A stretch of DNA of 53,926 nt from Saccharofermentans sp. (GCA_016292155.1 JAEFBC010000070.1:1-53926); one strand, 5' to 3'; shown: positions 36,543 to 46,353, counted from the stretch's first letter. Notes: generated from the sequence alone by a model not told the origin. A program made the numbers and translations.

Positions 36543-37010
36543 TTACTCCGATATGATCCTCAGATCCTCTCCCATTCTTGCGATGAGGACTTTCTCGCCG
36601 GGAGTATAGTCCTTCCTGCCGAATAGGACGAGGGTCACGCCATCTTCGATGCCCAGGAGCTGGTAGCCGTTGCGGCTGGTGTCCACGATCGCGCTCTCGT
36701 AGAAGCCGTAATCTCTCCGCAGGATTGTCACTGCTGTATCAACAACGTGCCAGACCGTAATTACGCCTAAGAGGATAGTTACGGCTATAATTGCGCCGGC
36801 GATGTAACGGAATAGGGCAAATTGGCCCACATAATCAAGTGCAATCCATGAAGCTATGCTCAGGACTATCCCTGTGAGAAAGGCTTTTATGGGCATTAAA
36901 AGGAACCTGACAAAATAGCGCTTCTGGAGCTTGGCGCCCACATCCACAGGCGTGAGGCGGTTTGTCTCGATCAGGGTCTTCACTCTGAATCTCATGTCCA
37001 CATTTTTCAT
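36543..37010 (-). CDS. hypothetical membrane protein (2 TM)
   Basis: SD GGAGGAG; upstream TGGTATAGAAT. Confidence 0.8.
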   Translation of the reverse strand: MKNVDMRFRVKTLIETNRLTPVDVGAKLQKRYFVRFLLMPIKAFLTGIVLSIASWIALDYVGQFALFRYIAGAIIAVTILLGVITVWHVVDTAVTILRRDYGFYESAIVDTSRNGYQLLGIEDGVTLVLFGRKDYTPGEKVLIARMGEDLRIISE

Positions 37011-37168
37011 ATCTCTCCTCCAACGATCAGCGTTCCTTATTCCGGGTTGGATTGCTTAATATATTCTATACCAGATTTTCCGGGCTTGGGGAAATATGCA
37101 ACAGTTAATTGATATAAAAACAATGTACCTGAATTGTTGCATCAAGGCATTTGTTTTATGATTGCCCC

Positions 37169-37855
37169 ATGAATAAAACAAAGACATTTTTCAAGAAAGA
37201 TCACATGGTCAAGCGTATATTGATGAGCATCTTCGGTGTGCTCATTTGCGGCGTCGCAGTAGGCTTTTTCAAGCGCGCGATGTTCGGAGTCGACCCGTTC
37301 CAGTCACTGATGGCGGGGCTCGACTGTGTCATTCCGATAAGCTTCGGCACACTCTACGTTATCGTGAACGTGATAATGCTCCTGTTCAGCCTCATTTTCG
37401 ACAGGCACTACATAGGACTTGCGACCTTCATCAATCTTTTCCTGATCGGTTATATCGCTGAGTTCTCTTTGAAAATGCTCGAAAATTTCTTCCCCGTGTT
37501 AGGCATCCCCGGAAGATCCATCTGCCTCATCATCGGAATACTTATAATCTGCGTGGCTTCATCGTTCTACATGACCGCAGACATCGGCGTATCAACGTAC
37601 GACGCGGTCGCGCTCATAATCTCCAATACCTGGCACATCGGCAAGTTCAAGTACGTAAGGATTATCACCGACGTAATCTGCGTTATCCTTGGCGTCGCGC
37701 TCTACTTCCTCTCGGGAGCATCTGTCTCCGGTATCGGCGCGGTAATCGGTGCAGGCACCATCATCACGGCATTCTTCATGGGACCGCTCGTCGATTTCTT
37801 TGCCCGGAAATTAGCAAAGCCCTTCCTTTACGGAAAGGCTTCGGCTGACAAATAA
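37169..37855 (+). CDS. YczE/YitT-family membrane protein
   Basis: FGVDPF, IGLATFINLFLIG, IGVSTYD, IGAGTIITAFFMGPLV; ATG 37169 lies 6 nt after TTGTTG-N17-TATGAT (possibly leaderless). Confidence 0.85.
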   Translation: MNKTKTFFKKDHMVKRILMSIFGVLICGVAVGFFKRAMFGVDPFQSLMAGLDCVIPISFGTLYVIVNVIMLLFSLIFDRHYIGLATFINLFLIGYIAEFSLKMLENFFPVLGIPGRSICLIIGILIICVASSFYMTADIGVSTYDAVALIISNTWHIGKFKYVRIITDVICVILGVALYFLSGASVSGIGAVIGAGTIITAFFMGPLVDFFARKLAKPFLYGKASADK

Positions 37856-37869
37856 AGCTGTTTTACTTC

Positions 37870-38592
37870 TTATCCCTCATACGTCCATCCGTGATCGCCA
37901 TGGTAGACCATGAGTCTTGTCATGCCGCCGTCAATGCAGATGTTCTCACCGGTGATAAATCCGGCTTTGTCAGAGCATAAGAACATGACCATCTCTGCGA
38001 TATCTTCAGGCTTGCCGACGCGCCCTGCAGGCTGCTGCGTGGCGTCAGGACCTGTGATGTCGGAACCTGTGGTATCGATCCATCCGGGTGAGATGCTGTT
38101 CACTCTGGCCTTCCCTGCAAGGCTTACAGACAGCGCGTGCGTAAGTGCAGCGATGCCGCCCTTTGCAGCCGTGTAGCTCTCAGTCTGGGGCTGGCTCATG
38201 CGGTCGCGCGAAGACGAGATATTTACTATGGAAGCGCCGTCAGCAAAATACGGCATCAGGAGCTTCGTGAGATAAAAAGGCGCCGTGACACCTACGGAAA
38301 GTGCATACTGGAAATCCTCATAGCTGCACTCATCGATGCCCTTCATGAGAGGCAGCGCGTTATTGACCAGGTAGTCCACGTGGCCCGACTGCTCAGCTAC
38401 AAATGATGCAAACTTCTCCAGAGTCTCTTTATCGGAAATATCACCGACAAACCAGTCGCCCGGCTGCTTGTCGATCACGTAAACAATTACGCCCTGCGCC
38501 CTGAAAGAATCAGCGATCGCCTTGCCGATGCCCTGCGCGCCGCCTGTGACAACAGCTACCTTCGGCCAGTTTTCGATACCATTACTAGCCAT
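37870..38592 (-). CDS. SDR family oxidoreductase
   Basis: TGGAQGIG, LVNNA, YTAAKGG (YxxxK), VNSISPGWIDT. Confidence 0.95.
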   Translation of the reverse strand: MASNGIENWPKVAVVTGGAQGIGKAIADSFRAQGVIVYVIDKQPGDWFVGDISDKETLEKFASFVAEQSGHVDYLVNNALPLMKGIDECSYEDFQYALSVGVTAPFYLTKLLMPYFADGASIVNISSSRDRMSQPQTESYTAAKGGIAALTHALSVSLAGKARVNSISPGWIDTTGSDITGPDATQQPAGRVGKPEDIAEMVMFLCSDKAGFITGENICIDGGMTRLMVYHGDHGWTYEG

Positions 38593-38669
38593 GATATTTC
38601 CCCTTTAATCTGCTATAGACGGGAAGCAGGACGAATTCCTGCAAACGCGTTGGTTCTGGGTCTTTGCGG

Positions 38670-39311
38670 TCAGTTGATCGAAATGTTTCCGGTCTTGACA
38701 TTGATCCTGATATAATCCGGATCTTCGGCGCCCTTTACGATCGAGAGATTTTGTCCCGAAGTGCGCTCATCTGCAACCTTAATGTTGCCTGTCTTCACCT
38801 TGCAGTCGATGTCGTAGCGGTCGAGGTCCTCGATAGCGTCCAGCACAACGTTTCCGGCGTTAGCTTTGATCACCGTCTGATTGAGATTCGTCTTGCTGAT
38901 ATTGGTATTGCCTGCCTTGGTGTTGATCTCAGCCTTAAGGAAAGTGCAGCCGCTGATGGATACATTTCCCGCGTCGATGACCTCCGAGAACCAGTCCGCG
39001 GTAATGCCTTTCACGCTTACGTCGCCGGCCTTGAGATAAATATCGAGGTAATTGAGAATCGTATCCTTGCCGATCGTGATTGTGAGCCTGGGCTTATTTA
39101 CTGCCATGATGCCGCTTCCGAGAATACCCACCGGCTTCTGCGTAACTGTAAGCGCGCCGTCTGCAAATGCAGCATCTGGCTCAAGTTCCTTGGCGCCCGT
39201 ATAACTGATACCCTTAAGGCCGCTGCCTTCTTCAGCAATAACGCTTACAGAACATGCCTTAAGATCCAGCCTGACTGACCTGATCTCTCCACTGAAGTTT
39301 TCCATTTTCAT
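38670..39311 (-). CDS. DUF4097-like beta-strand repeat protein
   Basis: Repeated KAGDV/DAGNV/KAGNT/NAGNV/KTGNI units. Confidence 0.8.
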   Translation of the reverse strand: MKMENFSGEIRSVRLDLKACSVSVIAEEGSGLKGISYTGAKELEPDAAFADGALTVTQKPVGILGSGIMAVNKPRLTITIGKDTILNYLDIYLKAGDVSVKGITADWFSEVIDAGNVSISGCTFLKAEINTKAGNTNISKTNLNQTVIKANAGNVVLDAIEDLDRYDIDCKVKTGNIKVADERTSGQNLSIVKGAEDPDYIRINVKTGNISIN

Positions 39312-39377
39312 TCTCCTTATTCCTAATGGATTGCTTTTTATATTCTATACCAAAGATTGGCGTTGTGGATTAGTTCA

Positions 39378-39501
39378 AACTTAGAGCGTAAATTCGCGGG
39401 TAAATTTGAGGGTATGGTCACAAATCTACCCTCAAAATCGAATAAAAAGCGTGAATTTAAGGCTAAATTTGCGGGTACACCCTCAAATCTGCCCTCAAAT
39501 C
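39378..39501. repeat. double hairpin of 12-nt units (AAATTTGMGGGT / ACCCTCAAATCT)
   Basis: aaattcgcgggt-aaatttgagggt...accctcaaaatc, then gaatttaaggct-aaatttgcgggt-ac-accctcaaatct-gccctcaaatc. Confidence 0.8.
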
Positions 39502-39597
39502 AGAGGGTTACAGAAAGGCAACGAGGGAAATTTTTGTTATAATCCCTTACATACTGAGTTCTCGAAAAAACTCGCTTAGGGATAAAAGGCTATTACA

Positions 39598-40680
39598 ATG
39601 GATAACACAAAGCAGAACGGGACTGCTCTCGTAAACACACCTAAAAAGAAAAGGCTTAAATGGATACTTATCACCATGGCACTTATACTGCCGGTCTTTT
39701 TGCTGATAAGATTCATTGCACCCACATGGACGCCCAAGATAAAGGGCAGCAATTCGATAAGCGAACTTCGGAGCGTTAATATCAACGGCGCAGATCTCAC
39801 CGTCATGATCAGGGGCGAAAATAAAGACAATCCCGTGCTGATCTTCGTTCACGGCGGTCCGTGCTGCTCTGAGATACCGTATGCAAGGAAATATCAGGGC
39901 GAATTGGAGAAGGACTTTACAATAGTTCATTACGATCAGCGAGGAAGCGGGCGCTCCTATAAGGCTTCCACAGACTATTCGGATGTCACAGCAAAGACGC
40001 ATGTCGACGACCTCATCACTCTGACCGAATATGTGGAAGATTATCTTAATAAGGATAAAGTGATCCTCTTGGGGCACTCTTACGGAACATATATCGCGAC
40101 CCAGGCAGCCGCGCAAAGGCCCGATCTGTACGAAGCTTATGTCGGTATCGGCCAGATGTCGGACACCACAAAGAGCGAACTTAACACGCTCGATAAGTGC
40201 ATTGCCGCAGCTGAGGAAAAAGGCAATAAAGATGATGCGGAAGCATTGAGGAACCTTAAGCCTTCCATCGAGAACGGCTCCACGCTGGCCCCCCGCGACT
40301 ACGTCCGCAAATACGGTTTTGCGGCAAGGAAGATCGACGATAACCTGGACTATGTTCTGGCGTTTCTTTTCGGAACTGAATACAATCTTTCTGATGCTGC
40401 GGGCTTTTATACCGCTTCGATAAAGTATCAGGATGCGCTCATCATGGAGGCACTTTCGCACCCCATATCAGATCTCGTGACGAGCCTTGATATCCCTGTT
40501 TACTTCGTCATGGGCAAGTACGACGGCATGACTTCGCCCGAATCAGCGAAAGAATACCTGGACAGCATAGGCGGCGAAGGCGTCCGTGAGATCATCATCT
40601 ACGAAGAGTCTGCGCACTATCCGCAGTTCGAACAAAAGCATGAATTCAGCAAGTGGATGAGGGAAACATTTAAGGGCTAA
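39598..40680 (+). CDS. membrane-anchored alpha/beta hydrolase (proline iminopeptidase-like)
   Basis: N-terminal TM, FVHGGP, YDQRGSGRS, GHSYG, GKYD, SAHYPQFE. Confidence 0.9.
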   Translation: MDNTKQNGTALVNTPKKKRLKWILITMALILPVFLLIRFIAPTWTPKIKGSNSISELRSVNINGADLTVMIRGENKDNPVLIFVHGGPCCSEIPYARKYQGELEKDFTIVHYDQRGSGRSYKASTDYSDVTAKTHVDDLITLTEYVEDYLNKDKVILLGHSYGTYIATQAAAQRPDLYEAYVGIGQMSDTTKSELNTLDKCIAAAEEKGNKDDAEALRNLKPSIENGSTLAPRDYVRKYGFAARKIDDNLDYVLAFLFGTEYNLSDAAGFYTASIKYQDALIMEALSHPISDLVTSLDIPVYFVMGKYDGMTSPESAKEYLDSIGGEGVREIIIYEESAHYPQFEQKHEFSKWMRETFKG

Positions 40681-40759
40681 TCTCCTCGCAATCGGCGATA
40701 AGTAATGTGGATGAAGGTAATATTTAAGGGCTAATCTCCTCGCAATCGGCGATAAGTAA
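40653..40759 (+). repeat. 54-bp-period direct duplication of the hydrolase 3' end
   Basis: 40653-40705 vs 40707-40759, 50/53 identical; last 38 nt identical. Confidence 0.92.
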
Positions 40760-40827
40760 AATTGCTTGTAACGTTTTCCAAATTTTCCCGTCAAACAGAT
40801 GGAAATATCTGAAAGGAAGGAAAAAAT

Positions 40828-41703
40828 ATGGAAAAGAAAAAGACACCTGCCAAGATCTTCAATCTTACTAAGGACGCCGGACTGAACCGTATTCTGTGGT
40901 ACATGATACTGGTAGTTCTCCTCTCGGCGTTCTGCTTTATAACACTTCACGTCTGGCTTTTGCCCTATTCGATCGCGTATACCGAGACAGGCGTCATGAC
41001 ACCCGGCTATCTGCTCTATGCAGTGATCGGCATCCTGTTCTCAACGCCCGGCCCGTTCGTTGCGGTCTTTATCCTCTCCCTGTTCATCGAGAGGACCGGC
41101 CTCAAGCACATGATGAAGGGCATCTTCCGCACCGAAAAGAAGCTCAAGACAGTCCTTATCACAGGCGCCTTCTGCCTGATGGCGCTTGTCTATGCGCTCA
41201 TCTTCGGCACACCCAACGGCTCACCGTGGTATATGTTCATCTTAGGACTGATCGTCATGCTCCCGTTCGTCGGCATCGCCGAAGAAACAGGCTGGCGCGG
41301 CCTTCTCCAGCCAGAACTGGACAAGAAGCTGCCCTACCCCGTCTCCGTAATCGTTACAGCCGTTATCTGGTGCGTCTGGCATTATTCTGCCTGGATCGAT
41401 CCCACATCGCGCCACTACAACGACAGCTTCATCGGCTTTGCCATCACCATCTTCATCTGGTCATTTGCCATGGCAGCCATCTACAAGGCCACGAAAAGCG
41501 TCATCGCCTGCGCCTTCTACCACGCCTTCATCGACTCCATCGGCGCCGTCTACGACTGGAACGCTTTGTTCGATGCGTTCCCGGGCGATCTGTCGGTAAA
41601 TGCGTTCAGAGTAGTCTGGTTCGCGGCAGCGATTGGGCTGTGGGTTTATGCGGATAAGATGGAAAAGAAAAATGCATTAAACAAGGTCTCTAATGCTAAA
41701 TAA
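40828..41703 (+). CDS. CPBP (CAAX/Abi) intramembrane metalloprotease
   Basis: AEETGWRG, WCVWH, HAFID; multi-TM. Confidence 0.9.
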   Translation: MEKKKTPAKIFNLTKDAGLNRILWYMILVVLLSAFCFITLHVWLLPYSIAYTETGVMTPGYLLYAVIGILFSTPGPFVAVFILSLFIERTGLKHMMKGIFRTEKKLKTVLITGAFCLMALVYALIFGTPNGSPWYMFILGLIVMLPFVGIAEETGWRGLLQPELDKKLPYPVSVIVTAVIWCVWHYSAWIDPTSRHYNDSFIGFAITIFIWSFAMAAIYKATKSVIACAFYHAFIDSIGAVYDWNALFDAFPGDLSVNAFRVVWFAAAIGLWVYADKMEKKNALNKVSNAK

Positions 41704-41711
41704 TTCTACGC

Positions 41712-41888
41712 TTATGCTCCTGCCCCATTCATCCCCATCTTGACGGTGAGGTCTGTGAGGCTTTTGTCGAACTGGGCGCGGGAGATGGCGCCGTGGGCGA
41801 GGAATGTCTCGAGGGTCTTCTTCTGCTCAAGGTAGAGCTGGATCTTCTTCTGTTCAGGGGAGAGCTGCTCCCATTCATACTGTTCCAT
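41712..41888 (-). CDS. small hypothetical protein (58 aa; absent from the ORF track)
   Basis: MEQYEWEQLSPEQKKIQLYLEQKKTLETFLAHGAISRAQFDKSLTDLTVKMGMNGAGA; AAGGA SD, upstream TGCTATAAT, strong third-position GC bias. Confidence 0.75.
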   Translation of the reverse strand: MEQYEWEQLSPEQKKIQLYLEQKKTLETFLAHGAISRAQFDKSLTDLTVKMGMNGAGA

Positions 41889-42053
41889 TTATACATGTGT
41901 CCTTGTTGAGGTTTGATTACCGGAAAGGATTATAGCACCACATGAGGTCCGATAATGGGACAATTGTGCGGCATCACCAAAGTTCACGAGGGGCTCCCAA
42001 AGCCCCTCTTAATTTGCCTGAATCACAATTTTCGAAAAAAATCTTCCAAAAGT

Positions 42054-42090
42054 TGAAACCAACCGGCACCAAAATGCACTATTATAGGTG
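42054..42090 (+). promoter_or_regulatory. putative ECF promoter
   Basis: TGAAAC-N17-CACTATTATAGGTG upstream of the ECF sigma. Confidence 0.45.
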
Positions 42091-42125
42091 AACGGCCGTT
42101 CAAAACGAATTTTGAGGTGAGACGA

Positions 42126-42689
42126 TTGAATGACGCAAAGGCGCTGGCCTTACTGAAATCAGGTGATCAGGAAGCACTTGCTTGGTTTATTGACAAGTAC
42201 AGTGCGTATGTGGGAACCATAGTGAACAACATTCTCGCGGGCTCCATGAGCCATGAGGATGTGGAGGAAGTGACGGCAGATGTTTTCGTTACTTTATGGA
42301 GATCTTCGGAGACCTTGATTCCTTTGAACCTGAAGGGGTATTTGAGTCGCGTGGCACGCAGCTTGTCCATGCAGAGATTGCGGGAGAAGGTGCAGGTGCT
42401 GCCTTTGGACGATGACATTCTTATCTTAGATGAAGATTCGGTTTTTGACAGCCTAGAGCGTGAGGATCAGGACCAAGAAGTACGCAAGCTGGTCTACGCG
42501 ATGCCTCAGCCGGATAAAGAGATCTTTCTGAGATTCTATTACTACTGTCAGAGCGTTTCGGTAATCGCTGAACAAATGAAGATGAACCCGTCCACGATCA
42601 AGACCAAGCTAAGGCGAGGGCGCGAGCGGCTCCGTAACAGCCTCAACAATATCAAAGACACAGCAGGAGGAGATCTCAATGCAAATTAA
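42126..42689 (+). CDS. ECF-type RNA polymerase sigma-70 factor
   Basis: EDVEEVTADVFVTLW, LKGYLSRVAR, IFLRFYYY...IAEQMKMNPSTIKTKLRRGRERLR; TTG start after GAGGTG. Confidence 0.93.
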   Translation: MNDAKALALLKSGDQEALAWFIDKYSAYVGTIVNNILAGSMSHEDVEEVTADVFVTLWRSSETLIPLNLKGYLSRVARSLSMQRLREKVQVLPLDDDILILDEDSVFDSLEREDQDQEVRKLVYAMPQPDKEIFLRFYYYCQSVSVIAEQMKMNPSTIKTKLRRGRERLRNSLNNIKDTAGGDLNAN

Positions 42690-43647
42690 TATACGTGATC
42701 TGATGGATAACATCGAAGATTCTTCCGTCGAACTGGAAGAAACCAATGTCGTCTCCTCCGAAAGGATAAAGGAGTTGACTAAAATGAAGATAAATGAATT
42801 AGGAAACGGTTCTGTTTCTGCGCCCAGACGCAGTTCAAAGAAAAAGATCGTAACGGTTCTCGTGGCCGCAGCAGTCGTATCTGCCCTTGGCATCTCAGCT
42901 TACGCGGCATTTAACGGCGGACTTGGAGGCCTCACATTCGGCAAGAGTTCATGGGGTCCGTCAATCGAAGAAGACATCAAGCATTCCATGCCCGGCCGCG
43001 AGTACGTCTCAACTGTCGGATACGCCGATTCCGTCGAATACAAGGCAACAGCAGAGTGGATAGCATTCGATGACAGTTACGACCGTGATTCTAAAATCGT
43101 CGATGCATTCGAGGCTGAATGCAGGCGCACTGGAGTTGATCCGTTCGCAGAAAAGTACGGTGACTATCTTATCTACTCACAGGAGATGGCAGATAAAGTC
43201 GATGAGATCACAGCGAAATATAACCTTAAGCTTCACAAGAACATAACCGACTGCGATGAAAAGGTCTTACGGGAAAAGTGCGGTGATCTCCTCTCAGACG
43301 ACATCATTGGCGGCGGATATATCTACGAAGACGGTACATTCCAGCTTGACTGCACCTATAAGAACTGCGAATTCCAGATAAGAAGATGCATGAAGGGCTA
43401 CTTCGACACCACCTTCCTTAACGTTGGCGACATCGAAAAGTTCGAGCAGTGGACATACGTAACCAAGGAAGGCTACACCGTCAACTGCGGCCTGCGCAGC
43501 GACGGCTACGGTCTCATAACAATTGACCTTGAAGATAGCTTCATTTCAATCAACGTCCTCCCCTGGGACAGCGACCTTAACGAAGTCGTTCACACCAAAG
43601 CCGAGATCGAAGCGCTTGTCGATCAGATGAAGTTCTCGAAATTCTGA
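42679..43647 (+). CDS. putative transmembrane anti-sigma factor
   Basis: Overlaps the sigma gene; short cytoplasmic N-domain, KKKIVTVLVAAAVVSALGISAYAA TM, extracytoplasmic domain. Confidence 0.78.
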   Translation: MQINIRDLMDNIEDSSVELEETNVVSSERIKELTKMKINELGNGSVSAPRRSSKKKIVTVLVAAAVVSALGISAYAAFNGGLGGLTFGKSSWGPSIEEDIKHSMPGREYVSTVGYADSVEYKATAEWIAFDDSYDRDSKIVDAFEAECRRTGVDPFAEKYGDYLIYSQEMADKVDEITAKYNLKLHKNITDCDEKVLREKCGDLLSDDIIGGGYIYEDGTFQLDCTYKNCEFQIRRCMKGYFDTTFLNVGDIEKFEQWTYVTKEGYTVNCGLRSDGYGLITIDLEDSFISINVLPWDSDLNEVVHTKAEIEALVDQMKFSKF

Positions 43648-43675
43648 TGGTTAGTTGTGATAGTTAAATAATTAA

Positions 43676-43709
43676 TGCACCCCGCGTCAGTGAAAAGATG
43701 CGGGGTGTA
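43676..43709. terminator. stem-loop between convergent genes
   Basis: tgcaccccgcgtc...gatgcggggtgta 13-bp stem (with G-U pairs). Confidence 0.65.
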
Positions 43710-43797
43710 TAATTGTTGGCCTTATTTTCGATGAACAATTACATAAAAGTCATCAGCCGGGATCAATACGCCTGTGTTATCAGCGTAGCTCCTACCC

Positions 43798-44601
43798 TTA
43801 AATCTCCGGCGCTGCCTCTTTTTCGACCGCTGCGTGGCTGGCCTTGATTACCCTGATCAGGATATAGATCGGGAGGATGAGGCTTACGAGCGCGTTTAAC
43901 ATGGTATTCAGGCCGATTATGACATATGCTCTGCTCTGCAGGGTTTTAATGATGAAAGACGGGTCATACCAGGTATTCGTCATTAAAAGCATGCTCGCAT
44001 TGTAGAGAATATAGAAACCATAATATATGCAATTCCAGATCAGAGTGATGAGGCAGATGGTGTGATAGTGCGGAACGTACTTTTCGAGCTTTCTGTTCGA
44101 CTTGAAAACGCAGTACAGAAGGATCAGTATAGCTGCGCTTATGATCAGCGAAAAGAGGTAATTGACCAATGAGGTCCGGAATGACCAATTGATATCGTCG
44201 CCATATTGGTAGAACAGCATGTTGACCAGCCTGGTCGCGCCTATAGTTATGAGGTTTCCGGCAACAGGAATGGCCATCATCGGAATATAGAGGAATTTCT
44301 TATGATAATTGCGGTGTACGTAAAAACATATGAAGAAATAACCGGTGAGCGTCAATAAAAGAACATAATATGGTATTGTACGGTTAAGTCTTGCTGCCGT
44401 ATCAGATCCCATATAAAAAAAGAGAAAATTATGGACCGATGATACGATCGAGCTTAAGCCAGCAAAGATCACGCTCAGTCCAAGGAACCTCGTCTCCTTT
44501 ACTTTGATACAAGTGATAATGATGCCCAGAACGAGAACGACGACTGCCACTATCATCGGCAAAACATAACGCCCCCTCATCAGCAATAAAGTAAAATCCA
44601 T
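43798..44601 (-). CDS. hypothetical polytopic membrane protein
   Basis: About 7 TM; SD GGGGAGG. Confidence 0.8.
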   Translation of the reverse strand: MDFTLLLMRGRYVLPMIVAVVVLVLGIIITCIKVKETRFLGLSVIFAGLSSIVSSVHNFLFFYMGSDTAARLNRTIPYYVLLLTLTGYFFICFYVHRNYHKKFLYIPMMAIPVAGNLITIGATRLVNMLFYQYGDDINWSFRTSLVNYLFSLIISAAILILLYCVFKSNRKLEKYVPHYHTICLITLIWNCIYYGFYILYNASMLLMTNTWYDPSFIIKTLQSRAYVIIGLNTMLNALVSLILPIYILIRVIKASHAAVEKEAAPEI

Positions 44602-44687
44602 GATGTGTTAACCCTCCCCTAATATATTGTTAATTGAATTATGACATAATTATTGTTCTCTAGGGTTCCAAAATTTATAACACCAGC

Positions 44688-45242
44688 CTACCCTAATGTG
44701 TAGTCCTGATTCTCGACCAGGGACAGGCATTCTTTTGAAATGTATTCTTTCGACGTGACCTTCCTGCCAGCGTACGTCGGGTTGACTACAAAGTGCTCAA
44801 CTTCTGTATATGGAGCGATCTTCTTAACATAGCGGGCCAGGGAATTATAGATCTTGGTCACACAATCAGGACGCTCGATCCACTGCCCATCTTCATCGTA
44901 ATATCCCGAAATGCAATAAAGACGGCCTCTGGCAAGCTTCTTCTCATCACTGCGTATCCGTGTTGGGCTTGCTTCTATCAGAGTATTTCCGCTTGAAGAA
45001 TACCCATGATCCAGATGTTCCCGCTCTCCGCTTCTGTCAACTCTGTATCCGCCTGCCTCAGGAACATAAAAATAGTACCAGCATCCATGGTAATTACCTG
45101 AGATGACATCCACAGAATCAGATTCTGTTACAACACCTTTTACAGTGTCCACTTTTATGATCCTGCATCCGCAGTCCAGCGCTTTCTGCGCTACCGACAC
45201 GAACAGCTCATATTCAATGTAAAACTCTATCTGCTTACCCAC
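44688..45242 (-). CDS. hypothetical protein (immunity-protein-like)
   Basis: GTG start after AGGAG; 184-aa globular ORF; functional guess from size and context. Confidence 0.7.
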   Translation of the reverse strand: MGKQIEFYIEYELFVSVAQKALDCGCRIIKVDTVKGVVTESDSVDVISGNYHGCWYYFYVPEAGGYRVDRSGEREHLDHGYSSSGNTLIEASPTRIRSDEKKLARGRLYCISGYYDEDGQWIERPDCVTKIYNSLARYVKKIAPYTEVEHFVVNPTYAGRKVTSKEYISKECLSLVENQDYTLG

Positions 45243-45274
45243 GGTTACTCCTGAAGATTACGACTGATGCCCTG

Positions 45275-45838
45275 TCACTCTATACTCATTATCACGTCAT
45301 TTGGCATAACGACACAGGCTCTGCCGTCAATTATGGTAAATGTCATTCTGAAGAAATCCAGTTCATCCAGATCAAAACCGGCGAAATCGTATGTGATCTC
45401 TTTTGTCTCCTTGCTCTTTTCGAAGACATCGAAAATATTCAGCGTCCCGACACGATGCGTCTCAAAATCCGAAACATCCATATACAAATACGAATCAACT
45501 ATCTGATATAACTTCCTTCCGTCACTGCTCCACATGTAAATTGCTTCGCCGAAGGAATAGTCTTCCTCAAACACCAAAACGAGTTTGCCCTCGCTTGCTT
45601 TAAACACCTTAAAGGCACAATCAGATTGGCCGGAAAAAAGAGCCAGAACCACCATGCTGTTATCCGGGCTTTGAATAAGATCACAGCCTCCGAAACCGCA
45701 TTCAGGATATTCAACCGGATAAGTGTCCAGTATTGAATCACCATCAACAAGTTTCAAAAGCACTGCAATGCCGTTCTGTTCAGTTTCCTCAGTAATATAC
45801 TGCATGTGTGGTTCCTTTCTTAATGATTCCTTATTCAC
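45275..45838 (-). CDS. hypothetical acidic beta-rich protein
   Basis: 187 aa; SPDNS/WSSDGRKLY propeller-like turns; start uncertain (45838 or 45805). Confidence 0.7.
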   Translation of the reverse strand: MNKESLRKEPHMQYITEETEQNGIAVLLKLVDGDSILDTYPVEYPECGFGGCDLIQSPDNSMVVLALFSGQSDCAFKVFKASEGKLVLVFEEDYSFGEAIYMWSSDGRKLYQIVDSYLYMDVSDFETHRVGTLNIFDVFEKSKETKEITYDFAGFDLDELDFFRMTFTIIDGRACVVMPNDVIMSIE

Positions 45839-46329
45839 AATACCGCTATCTCAAACGGAAGTTTTCCCTCTGGCTCATTGTATTTAATGAGCAAAGCACG
45901 CTTGCCGTTTTCAGCAAGAGCGTAAACTTTTGGCGAGACCATTGCCTGCTGCGTATTTTCATCAGGGAAACTTACAGTAACAAAACTGTGATTGTGCTTT
46001 GGGTTTATAGTTTGAAATCTGCCTGTCACAACACAGTCAGCAACAGAATAGTTTCGCTTGTTGATGCATGAAATCCGCTTAACAAATCCGCTCATAAGCG
46101 CAATCATGAATATCGCCGTAGCTATAACTAATAAGAGCAGCATCAATGTTGAAATAACAAAAACCGCGCTGTCATATCTCTTCCTTATCATCATGTTGAC
46201 CGAAAGGCACGCTGCCAGAATAACAAGTGGTATAACCGGCGCCGATACGCACACAGCCAGAACAGACCGGCTCCTTACCTGTTTGCAGATAATGTTATGT
46301 TCATCGTTGTTGGGGTTGCGGTAGGTCAT
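45835..46329 (-). CDS. hypothetical membrane protein (2 TM)
   Basis: Two hydrophobic helices plus a soluble C-domain. Confidence 0.7.
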   Translation of the reverse strand: MTYRNPNNDEHNIICKQVRSRSVLAVCVSAPVIPLVILAACLSVNMMIRKRYDSAVFVISTLMLLLLVIATAIFMIALMSGFVKRISCINKRNYSVADCVVTGRFQTINPKHNHSFVTVSFPDENTQQAMVSPKVYALAENGKRALLIKYNEPEGKLPFEIAVL

Positions 46330-46353
46330 AAGGGTGGTTATCCTATCTAAAGG

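Noticed and set aside
39357-39542. 61-aa ORF with KFAG/KFEG/NLPS repeats
   Set aside because: By-product of the 12-nt DNA repeat; TTG start without SD
40653-40759. Possible DGR template/variable repeat pair or mini-CRISPR
   Set aside because: Mismatches are not adenine-specific, the copies are directly adjacent, and no reverse transcriptase or cas gene is in the window
40896-41657. 253-aa alternative-frame ORF inside the CPBP gene, and other long shadow ORFs (e.g. 39547..40461, 38664..39278, 3867..4439)
   Set aside because: Overlap well-supported genes, have Arg/His-rich or featureless translations, and are expected from codon bias
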